Part shown: positions 34,401-45,300 of the stretch, in pieces | How the letters are laid out: each line of letters begins with the position of its first letter | Numbering within the stretch: position 1 is the first letter of the stretch | Source: Acidobacteriota bacterium | GTDB taxonomy: Bacteria > Acidobacteriota > Vicinamibacteria > Vicinamibacterales > CAVVIG01 | Assembly (NCBI GenBank): GCA_028876655.1 | Contig: JAGWRA010000176.1 | Span: 7,850 to 71,849 of the forward strand | Length of the DNA: 64,000 nucleotides | Direction of reading: 5' to 3' | Made by a program: the position numbers and the translations under genes | Notes under the pieces: model-generated | Told to the model about the DNA's origin: nothing | Databases searched by the model: none | The model's input: only the letters and a program-made list of their open reading frames with translations

Positions 34401-37400
34401 TCCCCGCGCCGGACCTCTCCGCCACATCCGCCGCCGGCGACGAACCACCGGCGACCGCCGTGGAGCGCGACCTGGCCGACGCCTGGGCGGAGGGGCTCGG
34501 CGTGCCCCGCGTCGGCGCGACGGACAACTTCTTCGCCCTCGGCGGCGACTCGATCCTGAGCATCAGGGTCCGGTCGCTCGCGCGCGCACGCGGCTACGAC
34601 TTCGCGCTCGCCGATCTCTTCCAGCATCAGACCGTCCGTGAACTCGCGCGCATCGTCCGTCCCACCGAGGACGCCGTGGGGGCTGACGGCAGAGACGCCC
34701 GCCCGTTCGCGCTGATCCCGGAGGCCGATCGCGCGGCGCTGCCGGCCGATGTCGAAGACGGCTGGCCCGTCGCGGCGCTGCAGGCCGGCATGCTCTTCCA
34801 CGCCGAGCTCGACCCGCTGTCGGCGGCGTATCACGACATCTTCAGCTTCCACCTGCGCGCGGCCTGGAGCGAGACGGCGTTGATCGAGGCGGTCGCCGGC
34901 GTCATGGCCCGTCACGCCATGCTGCGGACGTCGCTGCACAAGGGGGGCTTCAGCGAACCGCTGCAGCTGGTGCACCGGCACGTGCAGGCTCCGATGACGG
35001 TCGAGGATCTGCGCGACCTGCCCGCGGCCGATCAGGAGGAGCGCATCGCGGCCTGGATGGCCGCCGAACGCCAGCGGCGGTTCGACTGGTCCATCGCGCC
35101 GCTGCTGCGGCTGCGCGTCCACCGGCGGACCGACGAGACGTTCCAGTTCTCGCTGACGGTGCATCACGCGATTCTCGACGGGTGGAGCCTGTCGTCGCTG
35201 CTGACCGAGCTGTTCGGCCGCTATCTGGACGGGCTGGCCGGACGTCCGCCGGCGCCACTGGACCCGCCGGCCGGGTCGTTCCGCGACTTCGTCGCCCTCG
35301 AGCGCGCGGCCGTGGCCGATCCGGCCGCGCAGCGGTTCTGGGAGGAGCGGCTGGCCGGCGCGCAGGCGCCCGCTCTGCCGGCCCGGCGCGAGCCGCGGCC
35401 GGCCGACAACCCGCGCCATACGACGCTGGGGCGGCTCGCCTGGGACCGGCCGGTCGTCGATCGGCTGCAGGCGATCGCCGCAAGCAGCAGCACGTCGCTC
35501 AAGGGCACCCTGCTCGCCGTGCACCTGCACGTCCTTGCGGCACTCGCCGCGCAGACGGATCTGGTGACCGGCCTCATCAGCAACGGCCGGCCCGAGGAGG
35601 CAGGGGCCGACGAGGTGCTCGGCCTGTTCCTGAACACCGTGCCGCTGCGGGTGTGCGTGGCCGGCGGATCGTGGCGCACGCTGATCGAGGCCGCCTTCGC
35701 GGCCGAGCGCGAGCTGCTGCCCTGGCGTCGCTATCCGCTCGCGCAGATGCAGCGCTGGTGGGGACGCCGGGAGCTGATCGAGACCGCGTTCAACTTCGTG
35801 CACTTCCACGTCTTCGCGCCGCTCGTCGGGCGCGACGACTTCCGGCTCCTCGAGACCCGCTATCACGAGGAGACCAACTTCAAGCTCTTCGCGCAGTTCG
35901 CGATCGACCCGGCCACGGGCGGGCTGACCCTGGGGATCACCTACGACCTCGGGACGTTCTCGGAGGAACAGGCGGCGGAGATCACCGGGTACTACCAGCG
36001 CGCGCTCGACGCGCTCGTGGCCGATCCTGACGGACGTCAGGAGGCCCTCGAATTGCTGTCCGCGGCCGAAGCCACGCGCCTGCTCGACACGTTCAACCGG
36101 ACGACGCTGGCGCACGACACGGACCGCTGCCTCCACGAGTTGTTCGAGGCCGCCGCGTCGCGCACGCCCGACGCGACGGCGATCATCGATGGTCATCGGC
36201 GGCTGTCGTACCGCGAGTTGAACCGCCAGGCGAACCGCTGGGCCCGCGCGCTGCGCCGGCGCGGCGCCGGGCCCGACGTCCGCGTGGGCGTCAGTCTCGA
36301 TCGCTCGGCGGACCTGGTGACCGTCCTGCTGGCGATCCTGAAGGCGGGCGGCGCGTACGTCCCGCTCGATCCCGCCTACCCGGCGGCACGGCTCGCCGGC
36401 ATGGCGGCCGACGCCGCCCCGGCGTTCGTGGTGACGAGCCGGACGCAGCAGGGTCGCGTGCAGAAGGCCGGCATTCCCGCGCTGCCGATCGAGGAACTCG
36501 CGGCGCTGCCCCCCTCGGACGAGGACGCGGCAGACGTGGCCGCAGGGGTCTCGCCCGGCAACGTGGCGTACCTCATCTACACGTCGGGGTCGACCGGCCG
36601 TCCGAAAGCCGCGGCCATCCAGCACCGGAACGCCGTGACGCTCGCCGACTGGGCCGCGGCAGCGTTCCCTGCCCCGGCGTTCGCGGGCGTCCTGGCGTCG
36701 ACGTCGATCAGCTTCGACCTCTCCGTCTTCGAGATCTTCGTCACGCTGGCGCGCGGCGGCACGATTGTGCTGGCGGCCGACGCGCTCGCCCTGCCGGCCC
36801 TGCCGGCCGCCGGCGACGTGACGATGATCAACACCGTGCCGTCGGCGATCGCGGAACTGCTGCGCCAGCGCGCGATCCCCTCGTCGGTCCGGACGGTCCT
36901 GCTCGCGGGCGAGCCGCTGCCGGCCAGCCTCGTCGATGCGCTGTACGCCCTCGGCCACGTCACGGACGTGTACGACCTGTACGGCCCGTCCGAGGACACG
37001 ACGTACTCGACGTTCGGCCGCCGCGAACCAGGCGGCCTCGAGACGATCGGGCGGCCCGTCGCCAACACGCGCGTCTACCTGCTCGACGACTGGCTGCGGC
37101 TCGCGCCGCTCGGCAGTCCCGGCGTGATCTACATCGGCGGCGAGGGGGTCGCGCGGGGCTACTGGAATCGCTCCGATCTGACCGCCGAGCGCTTCCTGCC
37201 CGATCCGTTCGCGCCGGCGCCCGGCGCGCGCATGTACTGCACGGGCGATCTCGCACGGTTCACGGCCGACGGCCGGCTGATCTTCCTGGGCCGGGTCGAC
37301 CAGCAGGTGAAGGTCCGCGGCTTCCGGATCGAGCCGGGCGAGATCGTCGCGGCCCTGGAACGACAGGATGCGGTGGCCGAGGCTGCCGTCATCGCCCGCG

Positions 37401-39334
37401 AGGACGAGCCCGGCCGCCGCCGGCTCGTGGCGTACGTGGTCGCGCAGCCGGGCGCCCCTCTGGACGTCGCCGCCCTGCGGACGGCGCTCGGCGCTGCGCT
37501 GCCGGACTACATGGTGCCGGCGGCCTGGGTCACGCTCGCCGCCCTGCCGCGGACGCCGAACGGCAAGCTCGACCGTCGAGCGCTGCCGGCCCCTGACGCC
37601 GGGGCGCGGCCCGACGAGACGCCGTACGTCACCCCCCTCGCCGGCACCGAAGAAACGCTGGCGCGGATCTGGGCCGACGTCCTGCGCGTGCCCCGCGTCG
37701 GGCGCCACGACGACTTCTTCGCACTGGGCGGCGACTCGATCCTGCTGCTGCAGATCCTCGCGCGGGCGCGCGCCGCCGGCCTGCCGTGCACGGCGCGACA
37801 GGTCCTCCGCGCCCAGACGATCGCGCGGCTGGCCCCTCTTGTCGACTCGGCGGTCGAACCCGGAACCACCGGGGTCGATCAGGCACCGGAGGGCCCGCTC
37901 CCGCTCCTCCCGATCCAGCGCTGGTTCTTCGAGCAGGACCTCGCCGAGCCGCACCACTGGAACCAGTCGCTGCTGCTCGAGACGCGCGTGCACCTGGCGC
38001 CGGACCGCCTGACCGCGGCTGTCAGCGCGCTGGTGCGGCGTCACGCGGCGCTCCGCCAGCGGTTCGTGCAGGACGGGGCCGCGGGGTGGACCGCGCGGAT
38101 CGATCCCCCGGGGCCGCGCGACTGCCAGGTGCGCGCGGTGGATCTGCGCGGCCTGCCCGACGAGGCGATCGCACGGGCGGTGGAAGAGCAGTGCGCGCAG
38201 GAGCAGGGCGGGATCGATCTCGCGCACGGGCCGCTCGTCCGCGCCGTCTCGTTCGACCTCGGCCCGGATCGGCCCGGGCGCCTCTTCCTGGTCGTGCACC
38301 ACCTCGCCGTAGACGGCGTGTCCTGGCGCGTCCTGCTGGAAGACCTGTTGACGCTGTACGAGCAGGACGCCGACGGCTCCGGGCTGCCGGCCGCCGGCTC
38401 GCCGCTCCGGGCCTGGTCCGCCGCGTTGCACCGCCGCGCGAGCGACCCGCTGCTGCAGGCGGAAGCGGGCTGGTGGCGCTCGGTGGCAGACGCGGATGCC
38501 GCGGCCGCAACGATTCCGGTCGATCACGCGACCGACACGGCCGCCAACGTCGCCGGCGCAGCGGCCATGGTCTCGGTCGACCTGAGCCGCGAGCTGACGT
38601 CCCGGCTGCTGCGCGACGTCCCGGCCAGGCAGCGGGTGCGGATCAACGACCTGCTGCTCGCCGCCCTCGGCGATGCGCTCGAGCGGTGGACGGGCTCGCG
38701 CGATCACGTCATCCACCTCGAGGGTCACGGGCGCGAACCGATCGACGATGCGGTGGACGTGACGCGGACGGTCGGCTGGTTCACGTCGCTGTTCCCGTTC
38801 CGCCTGACACGTCCGGCCGGCCCGGTGGCGGCCGACGCGGGCGGGCCACTCGCCTGGCTCGCCGCCGTGCGCGCCAGCCTGCGCGCGCTGCCGGGGCACG
38901 GCCTCGGGTATGGGATCCTTCGATATCTCGGCTCCGACACCGATTTCAGCCGCCGCCTCTCGGCCGCACCGGTGCCGGCGGTCAGCTTCAACTACCTCGG
39001 CCAGTTCGACCAGGCGCTCGACGAGGCTGGCCCGTTCGCGCCGGCCCGCGAACCGGGCGGACCGCTCCTCGGCCCGCGCAACCGCCGCGCGCACCTGATC
39101 GACGTCAACAGCGTGGTCGTCGGCGGCCAACTGCACGTCGATCTCCACTATGGCCGGCACATCCACGCGCGCGAGACGATGACCCGCCTGGCGGACGAGT
39201 ACGTCCGCGCGCTCGAGCGCCTGGTGCAGGCGGCACTGGCGGCACCGGCCGCCGGGCCGGCGCCCGAGGACTTCGCCCTGGCGGACGTGAGCCAGCAGGA
39301 GCTGGACGCGGCTCTGGAAGAGATCGATCTGTAG
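31412..39334 (+). CDS. NRPS, two modules: C-A(Thr)-T-C(atypical)-A(Ala-like)-T-E
   Basis: The track ORF 30704..39334 is over-extended. The ATG at 31412 sits 5 nt after the previous stop and gives 2640 aa. C1 (LSFAQQRLWFVQHLEP, HHIALDGWS). A1 has NMYGITETTVHVT and by-eye code DFWNVGMVHK (Thr-type DFWNIGMVHK). T1 is 'FFALGGDSILSI'. C2 starts 'VAALQAGMLFHAELDP', with HHAILDGWS. A2 code is DLFNLALTYK. T2 is 'FFALGGDSILLL'. E domain (LLPIQRWFFEQ, HHLAVDGVSWRVLLEDL, EGHGRE). Confidence 0.95.
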   Translation: MPPRPPVDRQALLARLLAQKGIRVGGPGVIPRRPPGTPPVLSFAQQRLWFVQHLEPASTAYHLTQAIRLRGPLQVDVLDRAMATIAARHDALRMAFPERDGHGTVVVEPARSSVLEVVDLADVPADGRDAEIARLTHDTFERPFDLAVPPLWRARLIGLGDVDRLLLLCAHHIALDGWSLGLFMRELTALYAAYAAGRPSPLPDLSIDYADYAAWQRARAGQGAWQDDLAWWAARLADVPALELPSDRPRQPTTSAAGAIRRFLLPADLVGAVRELARQEDATPFMVLMAGFQVLLQRQTGQTDFAVGTPSANRERPEIEQAIGLFANMLALRADVSGTPTFRDLIRRTRRTAAEAYAHQEPPFERIVERVQPERTPGRHPIFQVALTLQNTPPARWEIPGVALDVLPPEVHGAKFDLTVALDEQDGGLAGTAEYRTALFDAGTIDRLMERFAIVLRAATTEPDRPVTDLPVLTAAEQAQLRMPSRTAAAPVDLRSLHERFTAQARRTPDAVALTCGDQAIAYGALDARADRLAARLAAAGVRAETRVPRFLDRTPSMIVAILAVLKAGGAYVPIDPAYPADRIAFVLADCGASLLLTERPLKDRLPDTPVAVHCLEDWMDEPAGPAAGRPFQPIAVAPAQAAYVIYTSGSTGQPKGVVVSHANAGRLFDATRSWFDFGPDDVWTLFHSYAFDFSVWEIWGALLFGGRLVVVPYWVSRSVDQFYQLLADEGVTVLNQTPSAFAQLVSYEGSLPAPADLRLRFVVFGGEALELQALAPWFARHGDERPRLVNMYGITETTVHVTYRPITAADVAAGAGSVIGEPIPDLHIVLLDARLNPVPAGATGEIFVGGAGVARGYLGRPGLTAERFVPDPFGPPGAVLYRSGDLARRRSDGDLEYLGRADHQVKIRGFRIELGEIESTLARHPAVAQAVVVSRRDGAGDRLAAYVVPRGTERPSASALRDFLLASLPDYMAPAAFVTLDALPLTPHGKVDRRALPAPDLSATSAAGDEPPATAVERDLADAWAEGLGVPRVGATDNFFALGGDSILSIRVRSLARARGYDFALADLFQHQTVRELARIVRPTEDAVGADGRDARPFALIPEADRAALPADVEDGWPVAALQAGMLFHAELDPLSAAYHDIFSFHLRAAWSETALIEAVAGVMARHAMLRTSLHKGGFSEPLQLVHRHVQAPMTVEDLRDLPAADQEERIAAWMAAERQRRFDWSIAPLLRLRVHRRTDETFQFSLTVHHAILDGWSLSSLLTELFGRYLDGLAGRPPAPLDPPAGSFRDFVALERAAVADPAAQRFWEERLAGAQAPALPARREPRPADNPRHTTLGRLAWDRPVVDRLQAIAASSSTSLKGTLLAVHLHVLAALAAQTDLVTGLISNGRPEEAGADEVLGLFLNTVPLRVCVAGGSWRTLIEAAFAAERELLPWRRYPLAQMQRWWGRRELIETAFNFVHFHVFAPLVGRDDFRLLETRYHEETNFKLFAQFAIDPATGGLTLGITYDLGTFSEEQAAEITGYYQRALDALVADPDGRQEALELLSAAEATRLLDTFNRTTLAHDTDRCLHELFEAAASRTPDATAIIDGHRRLSYRELNRQANRWARALRRRGAGPDVRVGVSLDRSADLVTVLLAILKAGGAYVPLDPAYPAARLAGMAADAAPAFVVTSRTQQGRVQKAGIPALPIEELAALPPSDEDAADVAAGVSPGNVAYLIYTSGSTGRPKAAAIQHRNAVTLADWAAAAFPAPAFAGVLASTSISFDLSVFEIFVTLARGGTIVLAADALALPALPAAGDVTMINTVPSAIAELLRQRAIPSSVRTVLLAGEPLPASLVDALYALGHVTDVYDLYGPSEDTTYSTFGRREPGGLETIGRPVANTRVYLLDDWLRLAPLGSPGVIYIGGEGVARGYWNRSDLTAERFLPDPFAPAPGARMYCTGDLARFTADGRLIFLGRVDQQVKVRGFRIEPGEIVAALERQDAVAEAAVIAREDEPGRRRLVAYVVAQPGAPLDVAALRTALGAALPDYMVPAAWVTLAALPRTPNGKLDRRALPAPDAGARPDETPYVTPLAGTEETLARIWADVLRVPRVGRHDDFFALGGDSILLLQILARARAAGLPCTARQVLRAQTIARLAPLVDSAVEPGTTGVDQAPEGPLPLLPIQRWFFEQDLAEPHHWNQSLLLETRVHLAPDRLTAAVSALVRRHAALRQRFVQDGAAGWTARIDPPGPRDCQVRAVDLRGLPDEAIARAVEEQCAQEQGGIDLAHGPLVRAVSFDLGPDRPGRLFLVVHHLAVDGVSWRVLLEDLLTLYEQDADGSGLPAAGSPLRAWSAALHRRASDPLLQAEAGWWRSVADADAAAATIPVDHATDTAANVAGAAAMVSVDLSRELTSRLLRDVPARQRVRINDLLLAALGDALERWTGSRDHVIHLEGHGREPIDDAVDVTRTVGWFTSLFPFRLTRPAGPVAADAGGPLAWLAAVRASLRALPGHGLGYGILRYLGSDTDFSRRLSAAPVPAVSFNYLGQFDQALDEAGPFAPAREPGGPLLGPRNRRAHLIDVNSVVVGGQLHVDLHYGRHIHARETMTRLADEYVRALERLVQAALAAPAAGPAPEDFALADVSQQELDAALEEIDL

Positions 39335-39337
39335 ACG

Positions 39338-42300
39338 ATGGCGAAGAACCTCGAAGACGTCTACGCGCTGTCGCCGCTGCAGGAGGGGCTGCTGTTCCAC
39401 AGCCTCTACGATCCGCGGTCGTCCGCCTACTTCGATCAGCTCATCGTCGCCATCCAGGGGACGCTCGACGAGGATGCCTTCGCGCGCGCCTGGCAGGCGC
39501 TCGTCGATCGCCATCCCGCGCTGCGGACCGCCTTCGCGTGGCGCAGCGGCAAGCGTCCGCTGCAGGTCGTCGCGCGGACGGCGCGGCTGGACGTCATCCG
39601 GCACGACTGGCGCGGCGAGCCGGACGCGCTGGCGCCGGCACGCCTCGAGGCGTTCCTCGAGGAGGACCGCCGCCGCGGCTTCGAACTGTCGCGCCCGCCG
39701 CTCTGCCGGCTCGCCATCATCCGCCGCGCCGAGGCCGAACGGGTCATCGTCTGGAGCCGGCACCACCTGCTGCTCGACGGCTGGAGCGTGTCGCTGCTGC
39801 TGCGCGAGCTGCTCGAGCGGTACGGCGCCCTCACCGGCGGCGCGCCGGCGCCCGAACGGCCGGCCCCGCCGTATCGCGACTTCATCGACTGGCTGCAGCG
39901 GCAGGATCGATCGGCCGCCGAGGCGTTCTGGCGGCGGACGCTGGACGGGTTCACGACGCCGACGCCCCTCGGGCTCACGCGCGCCACCGGAGAACGCCGA
40001 GCCGATCCTGCCGCGGCTGATGTCGAGCGGATCGACCGCCTGCCGGCCGGCCAGACCGAGGCCATCGTCGCGGGCGCGCGCCGCGCGCGGGTCACGCTGA
40101 ACACGCTCGTGCAGGGGGCCTGGGCGCTGCTGCTCGGCCGCCTGAGCGGCGAGACCGACGTGCTGTTCGGCGAGACCGTCGCCGGCCGGCCCGCCGACCT
40201 GCCGGGCGCCGACGCGATGATCGGGCTGTTCATCAACACGCTGCCGGTGCGCGTGCCGCTGCCGGCGGCGGTCACGGCCGGCGACTGGCTCCGGTCGCTC
40301 CAGGACGCCGGCACCGACGCGCGCCGCTACGACTATTGCCCGCTGGTGGACGTGCACGGGTGGAGCGAGGTGCCGCGCCAGACGCCGCTCTTCGACAGCC
40401 TCGTCGTGTTCGAGAACTACCCGGCGAGCACGCGCGAAGCGGTCATGCCGGGATTCACGATCGGGTCCGCCGAGACGTGGGAGCGGACGAACTATCCGCT
40501 GACGCTGATCGTGTCGCCGGGCACGCAGCTGGAGCTGCGCTGGATCTTCGACGCCGGGCGGTTCGACGAGACGGCCATGGTGCGATGGATGGAGGCGTTC
40601 CGCACCATCCTGGACCAGCTGGCTGCGCGGCTCGACGCTCCGCTCGCCCGCATCTCGCCGCTCGACGATGCCGAGCGGCGGATGCTGCTGCACGACTGGA
40701 ACGCCACGGCGCTCGCATTCGACCGGCAGGTCTGCCTGCATCAGCTGGTCGAGGCACAGGCGGCCGCGACACCCGAACGGACGGCCATCGTCCATCGCGG
40801 CGCACGCGTCAGCTACGCGGCCCTGAACGAGCGGGCGGACGCGATCGCGCGAGGCCTTGCGGCCCTGGGCGCCGGTCCCGAGGTCCCGGTCGGGCTGTGC
40901 GCCCGCCGGACACCGGCGCTCCTGGCGGGCATGCTCGGCATCCTGAAGACGGGGGCGGCGTACGTGCCGCTCGATCCGGCGTATCCGGCCGAACGGCTGT
41001 CCTTCATGGTGCGCGACGCCGGCATCCGGCTGCTCGTCACCGAGCGGGCGCTCGCGGGTCGATTCGACGAGGTGACGCCGGTGCTGCTCGACGCGGACGC
41101 GGAACCGGCTGCGCCTCCCGTGCGACGTTCGCCGGATGTCACGCCGGAGAACCTGGCCTACGTCATCTACACGTCGGGGTCGACCGGACTGCCGAAGGGG
41201 ACGGCCATCACCCACCGCAGCGCCGTGGCGCTCGTGGCGTGGGCCCGTCACGTGTTCAGTGACGGCGAACTGGCCGGCGTGCTGGCCTCCACGTCGGTCT
41301 GCTTCGATCTGTCCGTCTTCGAGGTCTTCCTGACGCTCGCCGCCGGCGGCACCGTCGTGCTCGCCGAGCATGCGCTGGAACTGCCGTCGCTCGGCGCCGC
41401 AGGATCGGTCACGCTCATCAATACCGTGCCGTCCGCGATCGCGGAGCTCGAGCGGCAGCAGGCCATTCCCGCGTCGGTCCGGACGATCTGCCTGGCCGGC
41501 GAGCCGCTGACGGCCGCGCTCGCCGATCGCCTCTACGCGCTTCCCGGCGTGGAGCGGGTCTACGACCTCTACGGTCCCTCCGAGGACACGACCTATTCGA
41601 CCTTCACGCAGCGGGCGCCGGGCGGACCGGCCACCATCGGCCGGCCGATTGCCAACACGCAGCTCTATCTCGTGGATGGCCACCTCGAGCCGGTGCCGGC
41701 AGGCGTCATCGGCGAGATCGTCCTGGGCGGCGACGGACTGGCGCGCGGCTACCTCGGACGCCCGGCACTGACCGCCGAGCGGTTCGTGCCCGATCGCTTC
41801 AGCGGACGGGCCGGCGCGCGCCTCTATCGCACGGGCGATCTCGGGCGGTTCCGCCCCGACGGACGGCTGGAGTTCCTCGGCCGCGCCGATCATCAGGTGA
41901 AGATCAGGGGCTTCCGGATCGAGCCCGGCGAGATCCAGGCGCGGCTCGAGGAGCATCCCGGCGTCGCGGACGCTGCGGTCGTCGTCCGCCGCGACGAGCG
42001 GGGCGACCCGCACCTGGCGGCGTACTACACCTCCTCGGACGCCACGGCCGCCGCCCCGGGCGCGCTGCGCGACTACCTGGCGCAGCGCCTGCCGGCCTAC
42101 ATGGTTCCCGACGCCTTCTGCCGGCTCGACGCCCTGCCGCGCACGCCCAACGGCAAGCTCGATCGCGCGGCCCTGCCCGATCCCTCCGGCAGCCGCCCCG
42201 CGTCGGCCGTCGCTCCGCGCACGCCGACCGAGCGGCAGCTCGTCGACCTCTGGCAGCAGGTGCTGGGCCTCGACACGGTCGGCGTCACCGACAACTTCTT

Positions 42301-45300
42301 CGACCTCGGCGGTCATTCGCTGCTCGCGACGCGCCTGATGGCCCGCGTCCGCGAGACGCTGCAGGTCGAACCGGCGCTGCGGCTGGTCTTCGATCACCCG
42401 ACCGTCGCGGAGCTGGCCGCAGCGCTCGACGAGGCGGCCGCGACCGCGCCGCTCGATCCCGGGGCGCAGATCGGACGCCGGGCGACAGCCGGACCAGTTC
42501 CGCTGTCGCACGCCCAGCAGCGACTCTGGTTCCTGCAGCAGCTCGATCCGGCGAGCGCGGCGTACAACATCCCGATCGCGCTCACGTTCGACGGGCCACT
42601 CGACCTCGACGCGCTCCGGCGCGCCCTGGACGCCGTGGCGGCGCGTCACGAGGTGCTGCGCACGCGGATCGCCGCCACCGACGGCCGTCCGTCGGCGATG
42701 CCCGATCCCGACCGCGGCCCGGCGCTGCACGTGGTCGATCTGCGCGACCGTCCGGCAACCGACGCAGCGGCCGAGGCCCGGCGTGTCGCCGCCGCGGAGT
42801 CGCTGACGCCGTTCGACCTCGAGCGCGATCCGCTCGCGCGCGTCACCGTGGTGCGCACGGGCCCGGAGCACGGCCTCCTGCTGATCACGCTCCACCACCT
42901 CGTCGGCGACGAGTGGTCGCTCGACCGCCTCCTGCAGGACGCCGGCCGCGCGTACGCCAGGGCCGCACGCGGCGCCGATCCGGCGCTGCCGCCGCTCGCG
43001 CGGCAGTACGGCGACTTCGCCGTCTGGCAGCCCCAGTGGCTGGAGGGTGCGGCCGCCACCCGGCAGCGCGAGTACTGGCGGCAGCAGCTCGCCGGCCTCG
43101 AGCCGCTCGAGCTGCCGACCGATCGTCCCAGGCCGGCCGAGCGGACCACGAACGGCGGCACGGTCTCCGTGGAGATCCCGCCGTCACTCGCCGCGGCCCT
43201 CCGCGAGTTCAGCCGGCGCGAGGGCGTCACGCTCTACACGACGCTCCTCGCCGTCTTCCAGGCGTTCTTGTCGCGATACACCGGCCAGACCGATGTCGCG
43301 TGCGGCTCGCCCGTCGCGGGCCGGCAGCATCCGGAAGTTGCCGAGGCGATCGGGTTGTTCGTCAATACGCTGGTGCTGCGCACGGTGGTGGACGGCCAGC
43401 GGCCGTTCCGCGAGTTGCTGGCACAGGTGCGGTCGGTGGCGCTCGACGCGCAGGCCCGCCAGGACGTGCCGTTCGATCTGGTCGTCGAAGACCTCCATCC
43501 CGGGCGCGATCTCGGCCGCCATCCACTGTTCCAGGCGATGTTCTCGCTGGAGCGGCCGGCCGTGCCACAGACCGCCTTCGCCGGACTGACGCTCAGGCCG
43601 CTCGAGGTCGAGAACCGAACGGCGAAATTCGACGTCAGCCTGACGGTGCTCGATGCCGCGGGCACGCTCACGGCATCGCTGCAGTACAGCACCGACCTGT
43701 TCGAGCGCGAGACGGCGGCGCGCATGCTGGAGCACTATCTCGTGCTGGCCGGCAGCGCCGTTCAGACGCCCGACGCTGCGGTCTCTAATCTCGCGTTGAT
43801 GACGCCCGCCGAACGGCGGCGCGTCGTCGAGGACTGGAACGGCACCGCACGGGCCTTCCCGCCGGTGCCGGCACTCCACCGGCTCTTCGAGGCACAGGCG
43901 GCCCGGACGCCGGATGCCGTCGCCGTCCGGTTCGAGGATCGGGATCTGACGTACTCGACGCTGGACGAGCGGGCGAACCGGCTCGCCCGACACCTGCAGG
44001 CGCTCGGCGTCGGCCCCGACGTGGTGGTGGGCGTCCTGCTCGATCGCTCGATCGAAATGGTCGTCGCCCTCTACGCCATCCTGAAGGCCGGCGGCGCGTA
44101 CCTGCCGCTCGATCCCGAGTATCCAGTCGAACGCCTGCGGTTCATGGTGGAGTCGTCGGCAGCACCGGTGATCATCACCAGCAGCGCGCTGGCCGGTCAG
44201 GTGCCGGCCACGGAGGCGGCCCTCGTCGACCTGGATCGGGAGGCGGCGGTCATCGCCCGGCACGACGGCCGCACGCTGCCACTGGCGTCGAGCGGCAGCC
44301 ATCTCGCCTACGTGATCTACACGTCGGGGTCGACCGGCCGGCCCAAGGGCGTGATGGTGCCGCACGAGGCGATCGTGAACCGCATCCAGTGGATGCAGGC
44401 CGAGTACGGGCTGACCGCCTCCGATCGGGTGCTGCAGAAGACGCCCTTTTCGTTCGACGTCTCCGTCTGGGAGTTCTTCTGGCCGCTGGCCGTCGGCGCG
44501 GAGCTGGTGGTGGCGCGGCCAGGTGGTCATCGCGACAGCCGCTACCTGGCGGAGATCGTCGCATCGGCCGGCATCACGACACTGCACTTCGTCCCGTCGA
44601 TGCTCGACCTGTTCCTGCAGGAGCCCGGCCTCGATCGCCACTGCCGATCGCTGCGGCGCGTCTTCGCGAGTGGCGAGACGCTGATGCCCGAACTGGAGGC
44701 CCGCTTCTTCGCGCAGCTGCCGGCCGAGCTCCACAACCTGTACGGCCCCACCGAAGCGGCGGTCGACGTGACCAGCTGGGCGTGCGAGCCCGGGTCGCCC
44801 CGGGCGTCGGTCCCGATCGGCCGCCCCATCGCCAACATCCAGACGCACGTCGTCGACGGGCGGATCGAACCGGTCCCGATCGGCGTGCCGGGCGAACTGC
44901 TGCTGGGCGGCATCGGCCTGGCGCGCGGATACCTCGATCGGCCCGACCTGACCGCCGACCGATTCATCCCGAACCCGCTCGGCCCGGCGGGGAGCCGCCT
45001 GTACCGCACGGGCGATCGGGTCCGCTGGCAGGCCGACGGGACGATCGCCTACCTGGGCCGGATCGACCATCAGGTGAAGATCCGCGGATTCCGGATCGAG
45101 CTCGGCGAGATCGAAGCGGCGCTGATGCAGCATCCCGCGGTGCGACACGCGGTCGTCGTCGCGCGCGACGAGGCCTCCGGCCACCGGCGGCTCGTCGCGT
45201 ACGTGGTGCCGGCAGACGGAACCGACGATGCCGGCGTGCTGCAGCGACACCTGCGGACGCAGCTGCCCGAGTACATGGTGCCGTCCGTGTTCGTCTGGCT

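Noticed and set aside
34761-36050. Calling the atypical C domain after the Thr module a dual E/C domain outright.
   Set aside because: I could not find the additional N-terminal HH[I/L]xxxxGD-type motif reported for dual E/C domains. It is kept only as one hypothesis within the T-C junction finding.
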